Source of the DNA: an uncultured Dehalococcoidia bacterium
Lineage (GTDB): Bacteria; Chloroflexota; Dehalococcoidia; Lucifugimonadales; UBA1123
Direction of reading: 5' to 3'
Length of the DNA stretch: 64,000 bases
Assembly: GCA_958296105.1 (NCBI GenBank)
Contig: OY282441.1
Location: 1,941,800-2,005,799, forward strand
Position 1 is the stretch's first letter, and each line of letters begins with the position of its first letter. Both the position numbers and the translations under genes were made by a program. Shown here piece after piece: positions 46,667 through 56,380 of the stretch. Under the pieces are notes generated by a model, which saw only the letters and a program-made list of their open reading frames with translations, was not told the DNA's origin and ran no database searches.

Positions 46667-47785
46667 ATGGAAACGTCTGAGCTAAAATATTGGATCGCTT
46701 TCAACCGTGTATCCCGAGTCGGGCGCGCGCGGATGGCGCTGATGCAGGGCCACTTCGGCGCTCTGGCGGTGGCGTGGCAAGCCAGCGCCGGTCAGCTTCG
46801 GCAGGCTGGGCTGAATGCGCAGACTGCGCGCCACATCGCAGAGTCTCGAAAGAAGATAGACCCTGACGCGGAGATGGAGCGTGTGCAGCGAGCGGGAGTT
46901 CGCGCGCTGACGTGGCACGACGATGACTACCCTCCCCGTCTGAAGGAGATTTACGACAAGCCCCCGGTGCTGTACGTCAAGGGCGACCTTCAGCCGCAGG
47001 ACGAGCGCTCGGTGGCGGTGGTGGGAACGCGCAGACCGACCGCCTACGGACGCGAGGCCGCAAGGCAGCTCACGACCGATCTGGCGAGCGTGGGCGTGAC
47101 GATAGTGAGCGGTCTCGCCAGAGGCATAGACGGCGTGGTTCACCGCGCCGCGCTGGAGTCCGGCGCGCGCACGATCGCGGCGCTGGGCAGCGGAGTGGAC
47201 GTGATCTACCCGCGAGAGCATGGGTCGCTTGCGGCACAGATAGCCCAAAACGGAGCGGTGGTGTCGGAGCATCCGATAGGGGCGCGTCCGGACGCGCAGA
47301 ACTTCCCGAGGCGAAACCGCATAATCAGCGGAATGACTCTCGGCACACTCGTAATCGAGGCTCCGGAGGGCAGCGGGGCGCTGCTGACCGCAAGGCACGC
47401 GCTGGAACAGAACCGTGAGGTGTTCGCGGTGCCGGGCAGCATCCTGTCCCCTGCGTCTAGGGGCGGAAATGGACTGATCCGAGACTCGGGCGCCAAGCTG
47501 GTTGCCGAAGTCGGCGACATTCTCGAAGAGCTGAACCTGTCGGCGGTCGAGCGCCAGATCGAGCTGGCGGCGTTCTTCCCCGAAGACGAAGCGCAGGCGG
47601 CCGTTCTCGGATTCGTCACCTTCGATCCGATACACATAGACGAAATAACCAGAAATTCAGCACTCGCCGCCTCGACAGTGAGCAGCGCCCTCACTATGAT
47701 GGAATTGCGAGGAATGGTGCGTCAGGTTGGCGCAATGAACTACGTGCGGCTGAGGGAAGCTCCGGCCGAGTATAAGACAGTGTAG
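46667..47785 (+). CDS. dprA: DNA-processing protein DprA (Smf)
   Basis: 372 aa. VAVVGTRRPTAYG..., ...IVSGLARGIDG..., ...TIAALGSGVD..YP and the C-terminal winged-helix region are present. Confidence 0.9.
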   Translation: METSELKYWIAFNRVSRVGRARMALMQGHFGALAVAWQASAGQLRQAGLNAQTARHIAESRKKIDPDAEMERVQRAGVRALTWHDDDYPPRLKEIYDKPPVLYVKGDLQPQDERSVAVVGTRRPTAYGREAARQLTTDLASVGVTIVSGLARGIDGVVHRAALESGARTIAALGSGVDVIYPREHGSLAAQIAQNGAVVSEHPIGARPDAQNFPRRNRIISGMTLGTLVIEAPEGSGALLTARHALEQNREVFAVPGSILSPASRGGNGLIRDSGAKLVAEVGDILEELNLSAVERQIELAAFFPEDEAQAAVLGFVTFDPIHIDEITRNSALAASTVSSALTMMELRGMVRQVGAMNYVRLREAPAEYKTV

Positions 47786-47791
47786 GGACAA

Positions 47792-50110
47792 ATGGCTAAA
47801 GACCTTGTAATCGTAGAGTCGCCTGCGAAGGCGAGAACAGTGCAGCGCTTCTTGGGCAGCGGGTACGTGGCGAAGGCTTCGATGGGACACGTCCGCGACC
47901 TGCCCAAGAGCAAGATGGGCGTGGACGTGGACGACGACAGCTTCACACCCACGTACCGCGTCCTGAACGACAAGCGCAAAGTGGTATCCGAGCTGTCGAA
48001 GCAGGCTAGTCAGGCGAACATCGTCTATCTGGCCACAGACCCAGACCGCGAGGGAGAGGCCATTTCGTGGCACCTGATGGCCGCAGCCAAGATACCGCAT
48101 GACAAGGCCAAGCGAGTCGTGTTCCACGAGATCACCCGCGAGGCCATCAGCGAGGCGTTCGACAACCCGCGCGATATAGACCTCTCACTCATAGACGCGC
48201 AGCAGGCGAGGCGCGTGCTGGATCGCGTGGTGGGATACAGGCTCAGCCCCGTCCTGTGGAACAAGGTGCGGCGTGGCCTGTCCGCCGGGCGCGTGCAGTC
48301 GGTCGCGCTCAGACTGGTGGTCGACCGCGAAACGGAGATCCAGGCATTTATCCCGAAAGAGTATTGGACCATAGATGCCACGCTGTCCAAGCGTCCGCAG
48401 AACGGAACCGAGGGGGTGTTCACAGCGCGCCTTCACTCGGTCAAAGGCGTCAAGGGTCGCATCGAGATACCCGATCAGGATTCGAGCGACGGGATCGTCT
48501 CCGACCTGAACGGCACCGACTACGCGGTCACGAACGTCAGGCTGCGCGAGACGCGGAGCCGTCCCGCGCCTCCCTTCATCACCAGCACTTTGCAGCAAGA
48601 AGCCTGGCGCAAGCTGAGGTTCACCGCGCGCAGAACTATGTCCGTAGCGCAGCAGCTGTACGAGGGCTTGTCCATAGGCGACGAAGGCTCGGTGGGACTC
48701 ATCACCTACATGAGAACGGACTCGACCAACGTAGCGGCGCAGGCGCTGAACGAAACCGCCAGCTACATAAGGCGCAGGTACGGCGAAGAGTACGCGCCGC
48801 CCAAGCCGCGCTCGTACACCCGCAAGGTGAAGGGCGCGCAGGAGGCGCACGAGGCCATACGCCCGACGTCCGTAATGCGCGAGCCCGGAGCGATTCGCCG
48901 ACACCTCGACAACGACCAAGCGCGGCTGTACGACCTCATCTGGAAGCGGCTGGTGGCAAGCCAGATGAACGACGCGCTCTTCGACTCCACGTCCGTGTCC
49001 ATTGGCGCCGTCGGCGCAGCCACAGGCAGACAGTATGAGTTCAGGGCGCAGGGATCCGTCCTCAAGTTCGCGGGCTTCCGAGCGGTATATATGGAGGGCA
49101 GCGACGACGCGGACGACGCTGAGGACTCCGCCCGCGCGCCCATACCGCATCTGGAAAAAGGCGAGCCACTAGACTGCCTGAAGATCGCGCCCGAACAGCA
49201 CTTTACACAGCCGCCGCCAAGGTTCACCGAAGCGTCGCTGGTGAAGGCGCTGGAGGAGGAGGGCATCGGAAGGCCCAGCACCTACGCGCCCACGATAGCC
49301 ACCCTGATGGATCGCGACTACGTTCGCAAGGACGGCAGCAGGTTCGTTCCGTCCAAGCTGGGCAAGGCGGTGACGGGGCTGCTCGTAGAGCATTTCCCAG
49401 ACGTCATGGACGTGGGCTTCACCGCCAAGGTCGAGGAGGAGCTGGACGACATCGCCGAGGGCGAGCGCCAGTGGACTCCCGTTATCAGGGAGTTCTACAA
49501 GCCTTTCGACAAGGCGATCGACAAGGCGATGAACGAGGCAGAGCGCGTGCCTAGAGATCAGCTCGACGAGGAGACCGATGAGGTCTGCGAGGAGTGCGGC
49601 AAGCCCATGGTGATCAAGTCCGGGCGTTATGGCCCCTTCATGGCTTGCACCGGCTATCCGGAGTGCAAGAACACACGCCCAGTCGAGACGGACGAGGAGC
49701 GCGCGCTGCGAGAGCGCGTCAGCGAGGATACCGATGAAGTCTGCGACAAGTGCGGCAAGCCGATGGCAGTAAAGACGGGGCGAAACGGACGCTTCCTAGC
49801 CTGCACCGGCTATCCGGAGTGCAAGAACGCCAAGCCCCTGCCTGTCGGCATCGACTGCCCAACCTGCGGCGGCGACCTCGTGGAGCGCAAGCAGCGCGGG
49901 CGCAACGGAAAGATATTCTACGGTTGCTCGAACTATCCCACCTGCAAGTTCGCGGTCAACCCGCTGCCTCAGCCGTGTCCAAGCTGCGGAAAGCTGCTGG
50001 TGACACGCGGACGCGGGCGGCGAAACGCGCGCTGCCTCGATGACGAGTGCGGATGGTCGGGAGCCACGCCGAAGCTCGAGCCGGCTGAGGATCTGGTGCT
50101 TGCCTCGTAG
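47792..50110 (+). CDS. topA: DNA topoisomerase I with C-terminal C4 zinc-finger repeats
   Basis: 772 aa. LVIVESPAKA... is the TOPRIM region and ...ITYMRTDS carries the active-site Tyr. Four CxxC...CxxC zinc ribbons are present (CEECGKPM, CDKCGKPM, CPTCGG, CPSCGK). Confidence 0.95.
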   Translation: MAKDLVIVESPAKARTVQRFLGSGYVAKASMGHVRDLPKSKMGVDVDDDSFTPTYRVLNDKRKVVSELSKQASQANIVYLATDPDREGEAISWHLMAAAKIPHDKAKRVVFHEITREAISEAFDNPRDIDLSLIDAQQARRVLDRVVGYRLSPVLWNKVRRGLSAGRVQSVALRLVVDRETEIQAFIPKEYWTIDATLSKRPQNGTEGVFTARLHSVKGVKGRIEIPDQDSSDGIVSDLNGTDYAVTNVRLRETRSRPAPPFITSTLQQEAWRKLRFTARRTMSVAQQLYEGLSIGDEGSVGLITYMRTDSTNVAAQALNETASYIRRRYGEEYAPPKPRSYTRKVKGAQEAHEAIRPTSVMREPGAIRRHLDNDQARLYDLIWKRLVASQMNDALFDSTSVSIGAVGAATGRQYEFRAQGSVLKFAGFRAVYMEGSDDADDAEDSARAPIPHLEKGEPLDCLKIAPEQHFTQPPPRFTEASLVKALEEEGIGRPSTYAPTIATLMDRDYVRKDGSRFVPSKLGKAVTGLLVEHFPDVMDVGFTAKVEEELDDIAEGERQWTPVIREFYKPFDKAIDKAMNEAERVPRDQLDEETDEVCEECGKPMVIKSGRYGPFMACTGYPECKNTRPVETDEERALRERVSEDTDEVCDKCGKPMAVKTGRNGRFLACTGYPECKNAKPLPVGIDCPTCGGDLVERKQRGRNGKIFYGCSNYPTCKFAVNPLPQPCPSCGKLLVTRGRGRRNARCLDDECGWSGATPKLEPAEDLVLAS

Positions 50111-50204
50111 GGCGAGCGGCTGTAAGTTTCGTCTCACGTCGAGGTGAAACTTCCGCGCCAAGTGGCGAACAGTTTGCCTCGAACGAAAGGAGCTGGCTTA
50201 CTGA

Positions 50205-51161
50205 ATGGAAGACTCAGCGTGGACCGAAACTATGAGCCGCTTCCGAGACCATCTGGTCGCCGAGCGTGACCTCGCGCCGCTGACCGTCCGAAACTACCTG
50301 TCCGACCTGAAGCCGCTGAGAGACTTCATGTCCAGCAGGAACGTCGAGGCGTTCTCCGTTCTCGACCGCCGCGCCATTCGCGGATACCTGTCTTGGCTTC
50401 ACCAGCTCGGATACGAGCGCCCGAGCATATCGCGCAAGCTGAGCGCGCTCAGAACGCTGTTCAGATGGCTGAATCGGGAGGGCATAGCCGAACACGACCC
50501 ACTGCCCCCCAGAGGCTCGTTCAAGCTGGACTCTCGCCTTCCCCGATTCCTGTCCCAAGACGAGGCGGCCAAGCTCATGGACGCGCCAGACCCAACCTCT
50601 CCGAAGGGCATTCGTGACCGCGCCCTGCTGGAGCTGGTTTACGCGACGGGTCTGCGCGTCAGCGAAGTGAGCGGGCTGAACATGGACAGCATCGATCTGG
50701 ACACCCGCGAGCTGAGGATCACAGGGAAGGGGTCCAAAGAGCGCATCGCGCTGATGGGCCTCGCCGCTAGGAACGCGGTCAAGACCTACGTTCAGGAGGT
50801 GCGATCCACCGTGGCATCCCTGGACGCGGGCGGCGCGCTGTTCGTCAACCGCTACGGCGGACGCCTGAGCCAGCGCAGCATACAGAAGGCGGTGAGAGGA
50901 TACGCCGCGCGCGCAGGGCTGGGAACCCGTGTCCACACGCACACGCTGCGCCACTCCTTCGCAACGCATCTGCTCGAAGGCGGCGCCGATCTCAGGGTGG
51001 TTCAGGACCTGCTCGGACACGCCAGCCCGGCTACCACACAGGTCTATACGCACATCACCAAGACAGAGGCGAGAAAGGCGTACATGGCGGCGCACCCGAG
51101 GGCGAGGGGAAGAGCGAGGACAGAGGAGCGGGAATCCCCATCTTCTCCCACTATGCGCTGA
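50205..51161 (+). CDS. xerC: Site-specific tyrosine recombinase XerC/XerD family
   Basis: 318 aa. ...ATGLRVSE..., ...HTLRHSFATHLLEGGADLRVVQDLLGHASPATTQVYTHI carry the R-H-R-Y catalytic pattern. Confidence 0.9.
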   Translation: MEDSAWTETMSRFRDHLVAERDLAPLTVRNYLSDLKPLRDFMSSRNVEAFSVLDRRAIRGYLSWLHQLGYERPSISRKLSALRTLFRWLNREGIAEHDPLPPRGSFKLDSRLPRFLSQDEAAKLMDAPDPTSPKGIRDRALLELVYATGLRVSEVSGLNMDSIDLDTRELRITGKGSKERIALMGLAARNAVKTYVQEVRSTVASLDAGGALFVNRYGGRLSQRSIQKAVRGYAARAGLGTRVHTHTLRHSFATHLLEGGADLRVVQDLLGHASPATTQVYTHITKTEARKAYMAAHPRARGRARTEERESPSSPTMR

Positions 51162-51239
51162 TAGAGGCGGGCGCCGCGCTGTCGAGCATGAGCCACTACC
51201 AGCAGCCCCCTTTCGCTTCCGCCTTCGGGCATGAGGGAG

Positions 51240-52145
51240 TTAGAACGGCACGGGCGGCAGGGGTTTTTCCGTCTGGAGAAAGCTGAGGAACGCGCTCTGG
51301 ATGGTGGTTGGGCGCGAGTCGTCACGGTAGAGGACGGTGAGCGGTCGCTCGCACTTCCAGCCGCGCACCTTCAGCACCTTCAGGTAGCCCGCGGCGACAT
51401 CCGGCCCGACCGAGAACTTGGAGAGCGCTCCAATGCCAAGCCCCGCGGCTGAGGCTCGCTTGACCGCCTCGTTGCTGCCCAGCTCCATCGCCACGCGCGC
51501 GCTCATTCCGCGTTTGGTCAAGGCATCTTCCGCGGCCTTGCGCGTCGCCGACCCCAGCTCCCTCATTATGAAAGACTCTCCGGCGATGTCGTCGAGGGTG
51601 ATACGCCTTCTTCGGGCGAGCGAGTGAGTCGGGGACGCCACCAGCACCACTTCGTCTTTCACGTATGGGAACGAGGCGAGGCCGCTCATGCTCACCGGCG
51701 CGCCCGCCATGCCCAGGTCCAGCTCGCGGCTGAGAATCTGCTCGATCACCTCCTGAGTGTTGGAGATGTCCAGAGACACGTCAACCCCGGGGTGGCACTG
51801 GCAGAAGATGCCTATGGCCAGCGGCAGGATGCACTCTCCCGGCGTTGACGAGGAGCCTATCGTTAGACGGCCGGCGCGCAGGCCTGATGTGTCCTGAATG
51901 GCGAGCTGCATCTCCTCGGCCAATGAGAATATGCGCGTGGTGTACTCGAAGACCACCTCCCCCGTGTCGGTTAGCGTCACGCCCGTTCTCATCCTTTCGA
52001 GCAGCGTGGTCTGGAGGTTGCGCTCCAGCTTTTTGACCTGTATCGAGACGGCCGGCTGGCTGATTTTCAGCTCCGCTGCCGCTCTTGTGAAGCTGCCCAT
52101 CTGAGCCACCGTGTGGAAGATGAACAGGTGGTGGAAATTGATCAT
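51240..52145 (-). CDS. LysR family transcriptional regulator
   Basis: 301 aa. The N-terminal HTH is FHHLFIFHTVAQMGSFTRAAAELKISQPAVSIQVKKLE, followed by a LysR substrate-binding domain. Confidence 0.9.
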   Translation of the reverse strand: MINFHHLFIFHTVAQMGSFTRAAAELKISQPAVSIQVKKLERNLQTTLLERMRTGVTLTDTGEVVFEYTTRIFSLAEEMQLAIQDTSGLRAGRLTIGSSSTPGECILPLAIGIFCQCHPGVDVSLDISNTQEVIEQILSRELDLGMAGAPVSMSGLASFPYVKDEVVLVASPTHSLARRRRITLDDIAGESFIMRELGSATRKAAEDALTKRGMSARVAMELGSNEAVKRASAAGLGIGALSKFSVGPDVAAGYLKVLKVRGWKCERPLTVLYRDDSRPTTIQSAFLSFLQTEKPLPPVPF

Positions 52146-52350
52146 GTGTATAATGGAAATTTATGGATTGGAGGGCTCCGGTATATAGCTACTATATCTC
52201 GAATTGCGACGAATTGCTAGGGAGCGAGTCCCATCCGGGATGGTGCGAAGTATCGCGCTGTCTGATATATTTCCTATTAGATTTCCGTTACTGTAGCAAT
52301 GCGCTGTACTGTACAAAAGACAACCATTTGCGCAGTCTGGATCTCACTGA

Positions 52351-52412
52351 AGATGAGCGCGGCTCGCTCCGCCAGTCGAGACATAGGATGGCTTGAAACC
52401 GCGCTCATCTTG
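52351..52412 (+). promoter_or_regulatory. 13-bp perfect inverted repeat (aagatgagcgcgg ... ccgcgctcatctt) in the leader of the DUF502 gene
   Basis: Read directly. The loop is about 36 nt. The repeat lies in the AT-rich divergent LysR/DUF502 intergenic region, about 50 nt upstream of the ATG at 52465. Confidence 0.3.
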
Positions 52413-52464
52413 GAGATTCGCCACTCCACTTCACGCCTTTCGCACACACATCAGGAGGATACCC

Positions 52465-53238
52465 ATGAGAGGACAGAACGAATCCCCATTCGATCCCAAT
52501 GGAGAGTCGGAGAAAGAGCCGAACCCGTTTCAGCGCGGAGGACAGCACTTTAGAAGCAAGACTGTTAGCGGGCTGATCGAGCTTCTGCCCGTGATGATCA
52601 GCATCATCGTAATCGTGTACATCATCAATTTCGTGGACGATCTCATCAAGCCCTTGCTGGAGTTCCTAGCGAGCCGGGGGCTGGAATTTCCCGGCATGGA
52701 CGCCGTCTCCGCCTTCCCCGGCACCGGCTTGATACTGTCCATCATCGTATTCTACATCGTCGGCATTGTATGCTCTATGAAGTGGGGCAGAAATGGGCTG
52801 ATGTGGATACTCGAGATGTTCGCTCGCATACCCATCCTAAGCGGCATATTCGGGGTGACCAAGCAGGTCTCATCGATGCTCACTTCACAGTTCAACTTCA
52901 GCAGAGTGGTCTTCTTGGAGTGGCCGCGAGAGGGCATGATCGCCATGGGATTCGTGACGGCTCGCGTGCAGGCTCGCGGGCGCGAAAAGTCGCTGGCCAT
53001 CGTGTACATCCCCACCATCCCCAACCCGACCTCCGGGAACATGGCAGTGGTGGTCGAAGACGACCTTCTGGAGACCGACCTGTCCGTGGAGGACGCGATG
53101 AAGCTCATCTTCTCCGGCGGGATAGTGCCGCCCGAAAAGCTGTCGATGGCGAGGGTCCCCGGCGATCGAGGCAACATCGAGCCTGACTTCCTCGGCCAGT
53201 TCGAGACAGACAGCCGCCGAGACGGGGATACACCCTAG
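52465..53238 (+). CDS. DUF502 domain membrane protein
   Basis: An ATG at 52465 follows aggagga. Two N-terminal TM helices are followed by VVFLEWPREGMIAMGFVT...VYIPTIPNPTSG, a DUF502-type pattern. Confidence 0.85.
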   Translation: MRGQNESPFDPNGESEKEPNPFQRGGQHFRSKTVSGLIELLPVMISIIVIVYIINFVDDLIKPLLEFLASRGLEFPGMDAVSAFPGTGLILSIIVFYIVGIVCSMKWGRNGLMWILEMFARIPILSGIFGVTKQVSSMLTSQFNFSRVVFLEWPREGMIAMGFVTARVQARGREKSLAIVYIPTIPNPTSGNMAVVVEDDLLETDLSVEDAMKLIFSGGIVPPEKLSMARVPGDRGNIEPDFLGQFETDSRRDGDTP

Positions 53239-55559
53239 ACCGCCTCCTCCAACTGCACCGCGGGCGGCTCCAGCGGTATCTGCACTGTCATCTCGGTGTA
53301 CTCGCCCGGCTGCGTGTCCACGCTGATCGTCCCGCCATGCTCGCGGACTATGTCGCTGCACATGGCGAGTCCCAGCCCGGTGCCCATGTTGGTGGGCTTG
53401 GTGGTGAAGAACGGGTTGAATATCTTGTCCACCACCTCGGAGGGTATGCCCATGCCGTTGTCGCGTATGCGTATCTCGGCGTACTCATCGCCTCGCCGCG
53501 TGGATATCCACAGCGTGGGCATGTAGGAGCGGTCGCCGTTCGGACTCTCGACGAGCTCGCGTCGCTTCTGGTCGGTGGCGTAACCCGCATTGCTCACCAT
53601 GTTCAGGAACACGCGGCCCAGATCCTGCGGAACGATCGATATCTCGCCCATGTCGGGGTCCAGGTCCTGCAGCATGTTCAGCTGGAAATCCGGGTCTGTG
53701 GCGCGCGCGCTGTGGTAGGCTAGGCGCGCGTGTTCGTCCACTATGCTGTTGAGATCGGTGAGCAGGTGATCTCCGCTGCCCCGCCCCATCATCAGCATGT
53801 CGTGGACGATGCGGTCGGCTCGGTTCCCGTGCGAGCGGATGCGCTCCAGGTTCGAGCTGAGGTCTTCGGTTATCTCTTTGATCAGCCCGCGCTGCTCATC
53901 GTCCAGCGCCCCGTCTTCTCCTTCGTCCATGATCTCGGTCATCTCTTCGAGAAGCTCGTCCGAGACCTCCGCGAAGTTCTTGACGAAGTTGAGCGGGTTC
54001 CTGATCTCGTGGGCCACGCCCGCGGTCAGCTCGCCGAGCGCGGCCAGCTTCTCCCGCGCCACGATCTGATCCTGCGCCAGCCGCAGGTCGGTGAGAACGC
54101 TTTCCAGCTCCTCGTTCTTGACCTCCAGCTCTTGGGCGAGCTTCTCGACGAGATTGAGGCGCTGGACTTCTAGGGCGTGCTGCCGAAAGACTTCCAGCGC
54201 CGCGGCCATGTCCGCAATCTCATCGCGTCCGCTCATCTCCACCTCGGTCTCCAGATCTCCGCCTGCCATCCCGCGCATTCGCACGGACAGATGGTCGAGC
54301 CGCCTCAGCAGCACCCTGCCTATGAAAAGCGTGGCGATGAGCAGCGCCCCGCCCACGCTGATGGCGCTGAGCGCGGCCAGAAGCACCTTGCCCGTCAGGA
54401 CGGCCTGGCTGGATTCGAGCGTCGCATCCTCCACGTTGGCGTTGGTGATTCCCACGAACGCATCCACTTCCTCGAGCAGATTGACCGCTATACTGCGGTT
54501 CTGCGCCAGCAGGTCGCGCTGCTGCTCGGCAACGGTGAGCTGCTGTTCGAGCAGTCCCAGCGCCCCCTGTTCGCCGTCACCAAGCTCGAACAGGTTGGTG
54601 AGCAGCGGATCGACTCTCTCCACCACCTTCGCGCCCTTGTCCCCGGACGCATTGACGTCGTCCAGCTCCCTGGCTATGCGCGCCCTAGCCGCGTCGAGCC
54701 GCTGGCGCAGCGGACCGATCGAAGTGGGATCGGAGAATCCGAAGGCGCTCTGGAGCAGCTGCGCCGCCAAGCTGGCGTTTCCCTGAAGCTCCTCCAGCAG
54801 GTGGTACTTGGTGAACTCTTCAGTAGTGAAGTGGAGCGAGCGAGCTTCCGGCGGCTCGTCGAGCTCTTGATAGCCGGTGATGGTGTAGAATATCTGGTCG
54901 TCCACCGCCTCGAGCAGAGCCCTGTCTATCTGCCTGCCGAGCTCCGAGATTTCAGTCTGCAAGGACGAAAGGCGGGTGCCCCTAGGGAACGATTCGACCA
55001 TTCCAGATTGGATCGTATGGATGTTGGCGGTAATGGAGTCCACGTCCGCTCTCATGCGAGAATAGCGCTCGTCAGTCGCATTCAGCCCCTGAAGCAGCGC
55101 CAGCTGGTTGACGAGAGCTACGTTTGCCGCCCCAACTCCCTCGGATGCGAGGTTGAATTCGTCTGGGTTGTCGGTGGTGGTCAGCCTGGGCGCGGCGTCC
55201 ACCAGCGTGTTGGCGCGCTGCGCCATGCCGAACGCGGCGGCCATGTCCGGCACGCTGCCCTCGTTGACGCGGCTCTGGACTTCTCCCACGCTGTTGAACG
55301 AGGACCAGCCCACGAGGCTCGCGGCGATCGTGAGGGAGACCGCCACGGCGAAGGCGAGGTATATCTGCGTAGAGATGCGGTTGCGGCTTGCGAGAACGCG
55401 CCGCAGCCACCCGGATACAACGGCCCTGTTTCCGGCGATGTCTTTGACGTCGACTCGCGACAGGGCCTCTCGGCTCCCGCGAAGCATGCCCTTGTACACG
55501 TCGGTGAGCGCGGTTCTCGGCTCCTCCGTGTTGCTTGGTCGTTCTGGCTTCTCGGTCAC
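53235..55559 (-). CDS. Sensor histidine kinase (two TM segments, large extracytoplasmic domain, HAMP, HisKA, HATPase_c)
   Basis: 774 aa. The HAMP region is RMRGMAGGDLETEV...DEIADMAAALEVF, the H-box is AGVAHEIRNPLN, the N-box is NMVSNAGYA, and the G-boxes are DNGMGIP and GTGLGLAM. Confidence 0.9.
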   Translation of the reverse strand: MTEKPERPSNTEEPRTALTDVYKGMLRGSREALSRVDVKDIAGNRAVVSGWLRRVLASRNRISTQIYLAFAVAVSLTIAASLVGWSSFNSVGEVQSRVNEGSVPDMAAAFGMAQRANTLVDAAPRLTTTDNPDEFNLASEGVGAANVALVNQLALLQGLNATDERYSRMRADVDSITANIHTIQSGMVESFPRGTRLSSLQTEISELGRQIDRALLEAVDDQIFYTITGYQELDEPPEARSLHFTTEEFTKYHLLEELQGNASLAAQLLQSAFGFSDPTSIGPLRQRLDAARARIARELDDVNASGDKGAKVVERVDPLLTNLFELGDGEQGALGLLEQQLTVAEQQRDLLAQNRSIAVNLLEEVDAFVGITNANVEDATLESSQAVLTGKVLLAALSAISVGGALLIATLFIGRVLLRRLDHLSVRMRGMAGGDLETEVEMSGRDEIADMAAALEVFRQHALEVQRLNLVEKLAQELEVKNEELESVLTDLRLAQDQIVAREKLAALGELTAGVAHEIRNPLNFVKNFAEVSDELLEEMTEIMDEGEDGALDDEQRGLIKEITEDLSSNLERIRSHGNRADRIVHDMLMMGRGSGDHLLTDLNSIVDEHARLAYHSARATDPDFQLNMLQDLDPDMGEISIVPQDLGRVFLNMVSNAGYATDQKRRELVESPNGDRSYMPTLWISTRRGDEYAEIRIRDNGMGIPSEVVDKIFNPFFTTKPTNMGTGLGLAMCSDIVREHGGTISVDTQPGEYTEMTVQIPLEPPAVQLEEAV

Positions 55560-55585
55560 GGCTCAGTTCCCTCGATGGTTTTCAT

Positions 55586-56308
55586 TCAGCCCGTCAGCTT
55601 CAGGAATGCCACGCCCGCGCTGACGAACACCCCCACCACTGCGACCTGAAGAATGGCTACTTGAATGATCATTCGGCTCATATCCGACCGGACACGCTCC
55701 ACGTCGGACTTGGTTTCCAAGCGCGCTCCATCCACCTTGGCATTGATCTCCATGCGCAGGTTTTCTATGTTGGCGGCCGTCTCCAAACGCATACGCTCCA
55801 TATTGGAGTCTATGCGTTTCACGCTAGCGTTCATTTCCGAGCGCAGGCCTTCTATGTTGGCGTTCATTTCCGAGCGCAGGCCTTCTATGTTGGCGTTCAT
55901 TTCCGAGCGCAGGCCTTCTATGTTGGCGTTCATTTCCGAGCGCAGGCCTTCTATGCTGGCGGCCGTCTCCAAACGCATACGTTCCATATTGGAGTCTATG
56001 CGTTTCACGCTGGCGTTCATTTCCGAGCGCAGGCTTTCTATGCTGGCGGCCGTCTCCAAACGCATACGTTCCATATTGGAGTCTATGCGTTTCACGCCGG
56101 CGTTCATTTCCGAGCGCAGGCCTTCTATGTTGGCGTTCATTTCCGAGCGCAGGCCTTCTATGTTGGCGGCCGTTTCTATGCGCAGGCGCTCCACGTTGTC
56201 GTTGGCGGATTCCACCCTGCCGTTGAGACGCTCGATGTCGGCCTTCGTCGCCAGGTGTTCGGATCCACCTTCGAGCCTGCTGATTCTCTCCTCGATGTTC
56301 GTTACCAT
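55586..56308 (-). CDS. C-terminally membrane-anchored coiled-coil protein built from 11-residue repeats (DUF1640/XhlA-like organisation)
   Basis: 240 aa. The NIEGLRSEMNA unit is reiterated and nested in the 33-aa unit SVKRIDSNMERMRLETAASIEGLRSEMNA. The C-terminal TM is IIQVAILQVAVVGVFVSAGVAFL. Confidence 0.8.
   Translation of the reverse strand: MVTNIEERISRLEGGSEHLATKADIERLNGRVESANDNVERLRIETAANIEGLRSEMNANIEGLRSEMNAGVKRIDSNMERMRLETAASIESLRSEMNASVKRIDSNMERMRLETAASIEGLRSEMNANIEGLRSEMNANIEGLRSEMNANIEGLRSEMNASVKRIDSNMERMRLETAANIENLRMEINAKVDGARLETKSDVERVRSDMSRMIIQVAILQVAVVGVFVSAGVAFLKLTG
55764..56185. repeat. Near-perfect nested tandem repeats (33-nt unit and 99-nt higher-order unit) inside the coiled-coil gene
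   Basis: gcgttcatttccgagcgcaggccttctatgttg recurs back-to-back (four consecutive copies from 55827). The ggcggccgtctccaaacgcatacgttccatattggagtctatgcgtttcacgc blocks recur three times. Confidence 0.9.
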
Positions 56309-56380
56309 GCAGCCTGCCTCCTAAATCAGGGCGAGCATTGCGCATAGAGTACCATTATCGGCGTTCTGCGGGCCTCTCGG

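Noticed and set aside
46667-51161. dprA-topA-xerC as a mobile or integrative element next to the tRNAs
   Set aside because: This trio is a widespread housekeeping synteny. Composition matches the bulk of the window, and XerC has the normal chromosome-dimer-resolution architecture with no flanking repeats seen.
55535-56347. Plus-strand ORFs of 270 aa and 219 aa (and a second minus-strand frame) across the 33-nt repeat region
   Set aside because: They are open only because the repeat unit lacks stops in several frames. The minus-strand frame at 55586..56308 is the one that has a start context, coiled-coil periodicity and a terminal TM helix.
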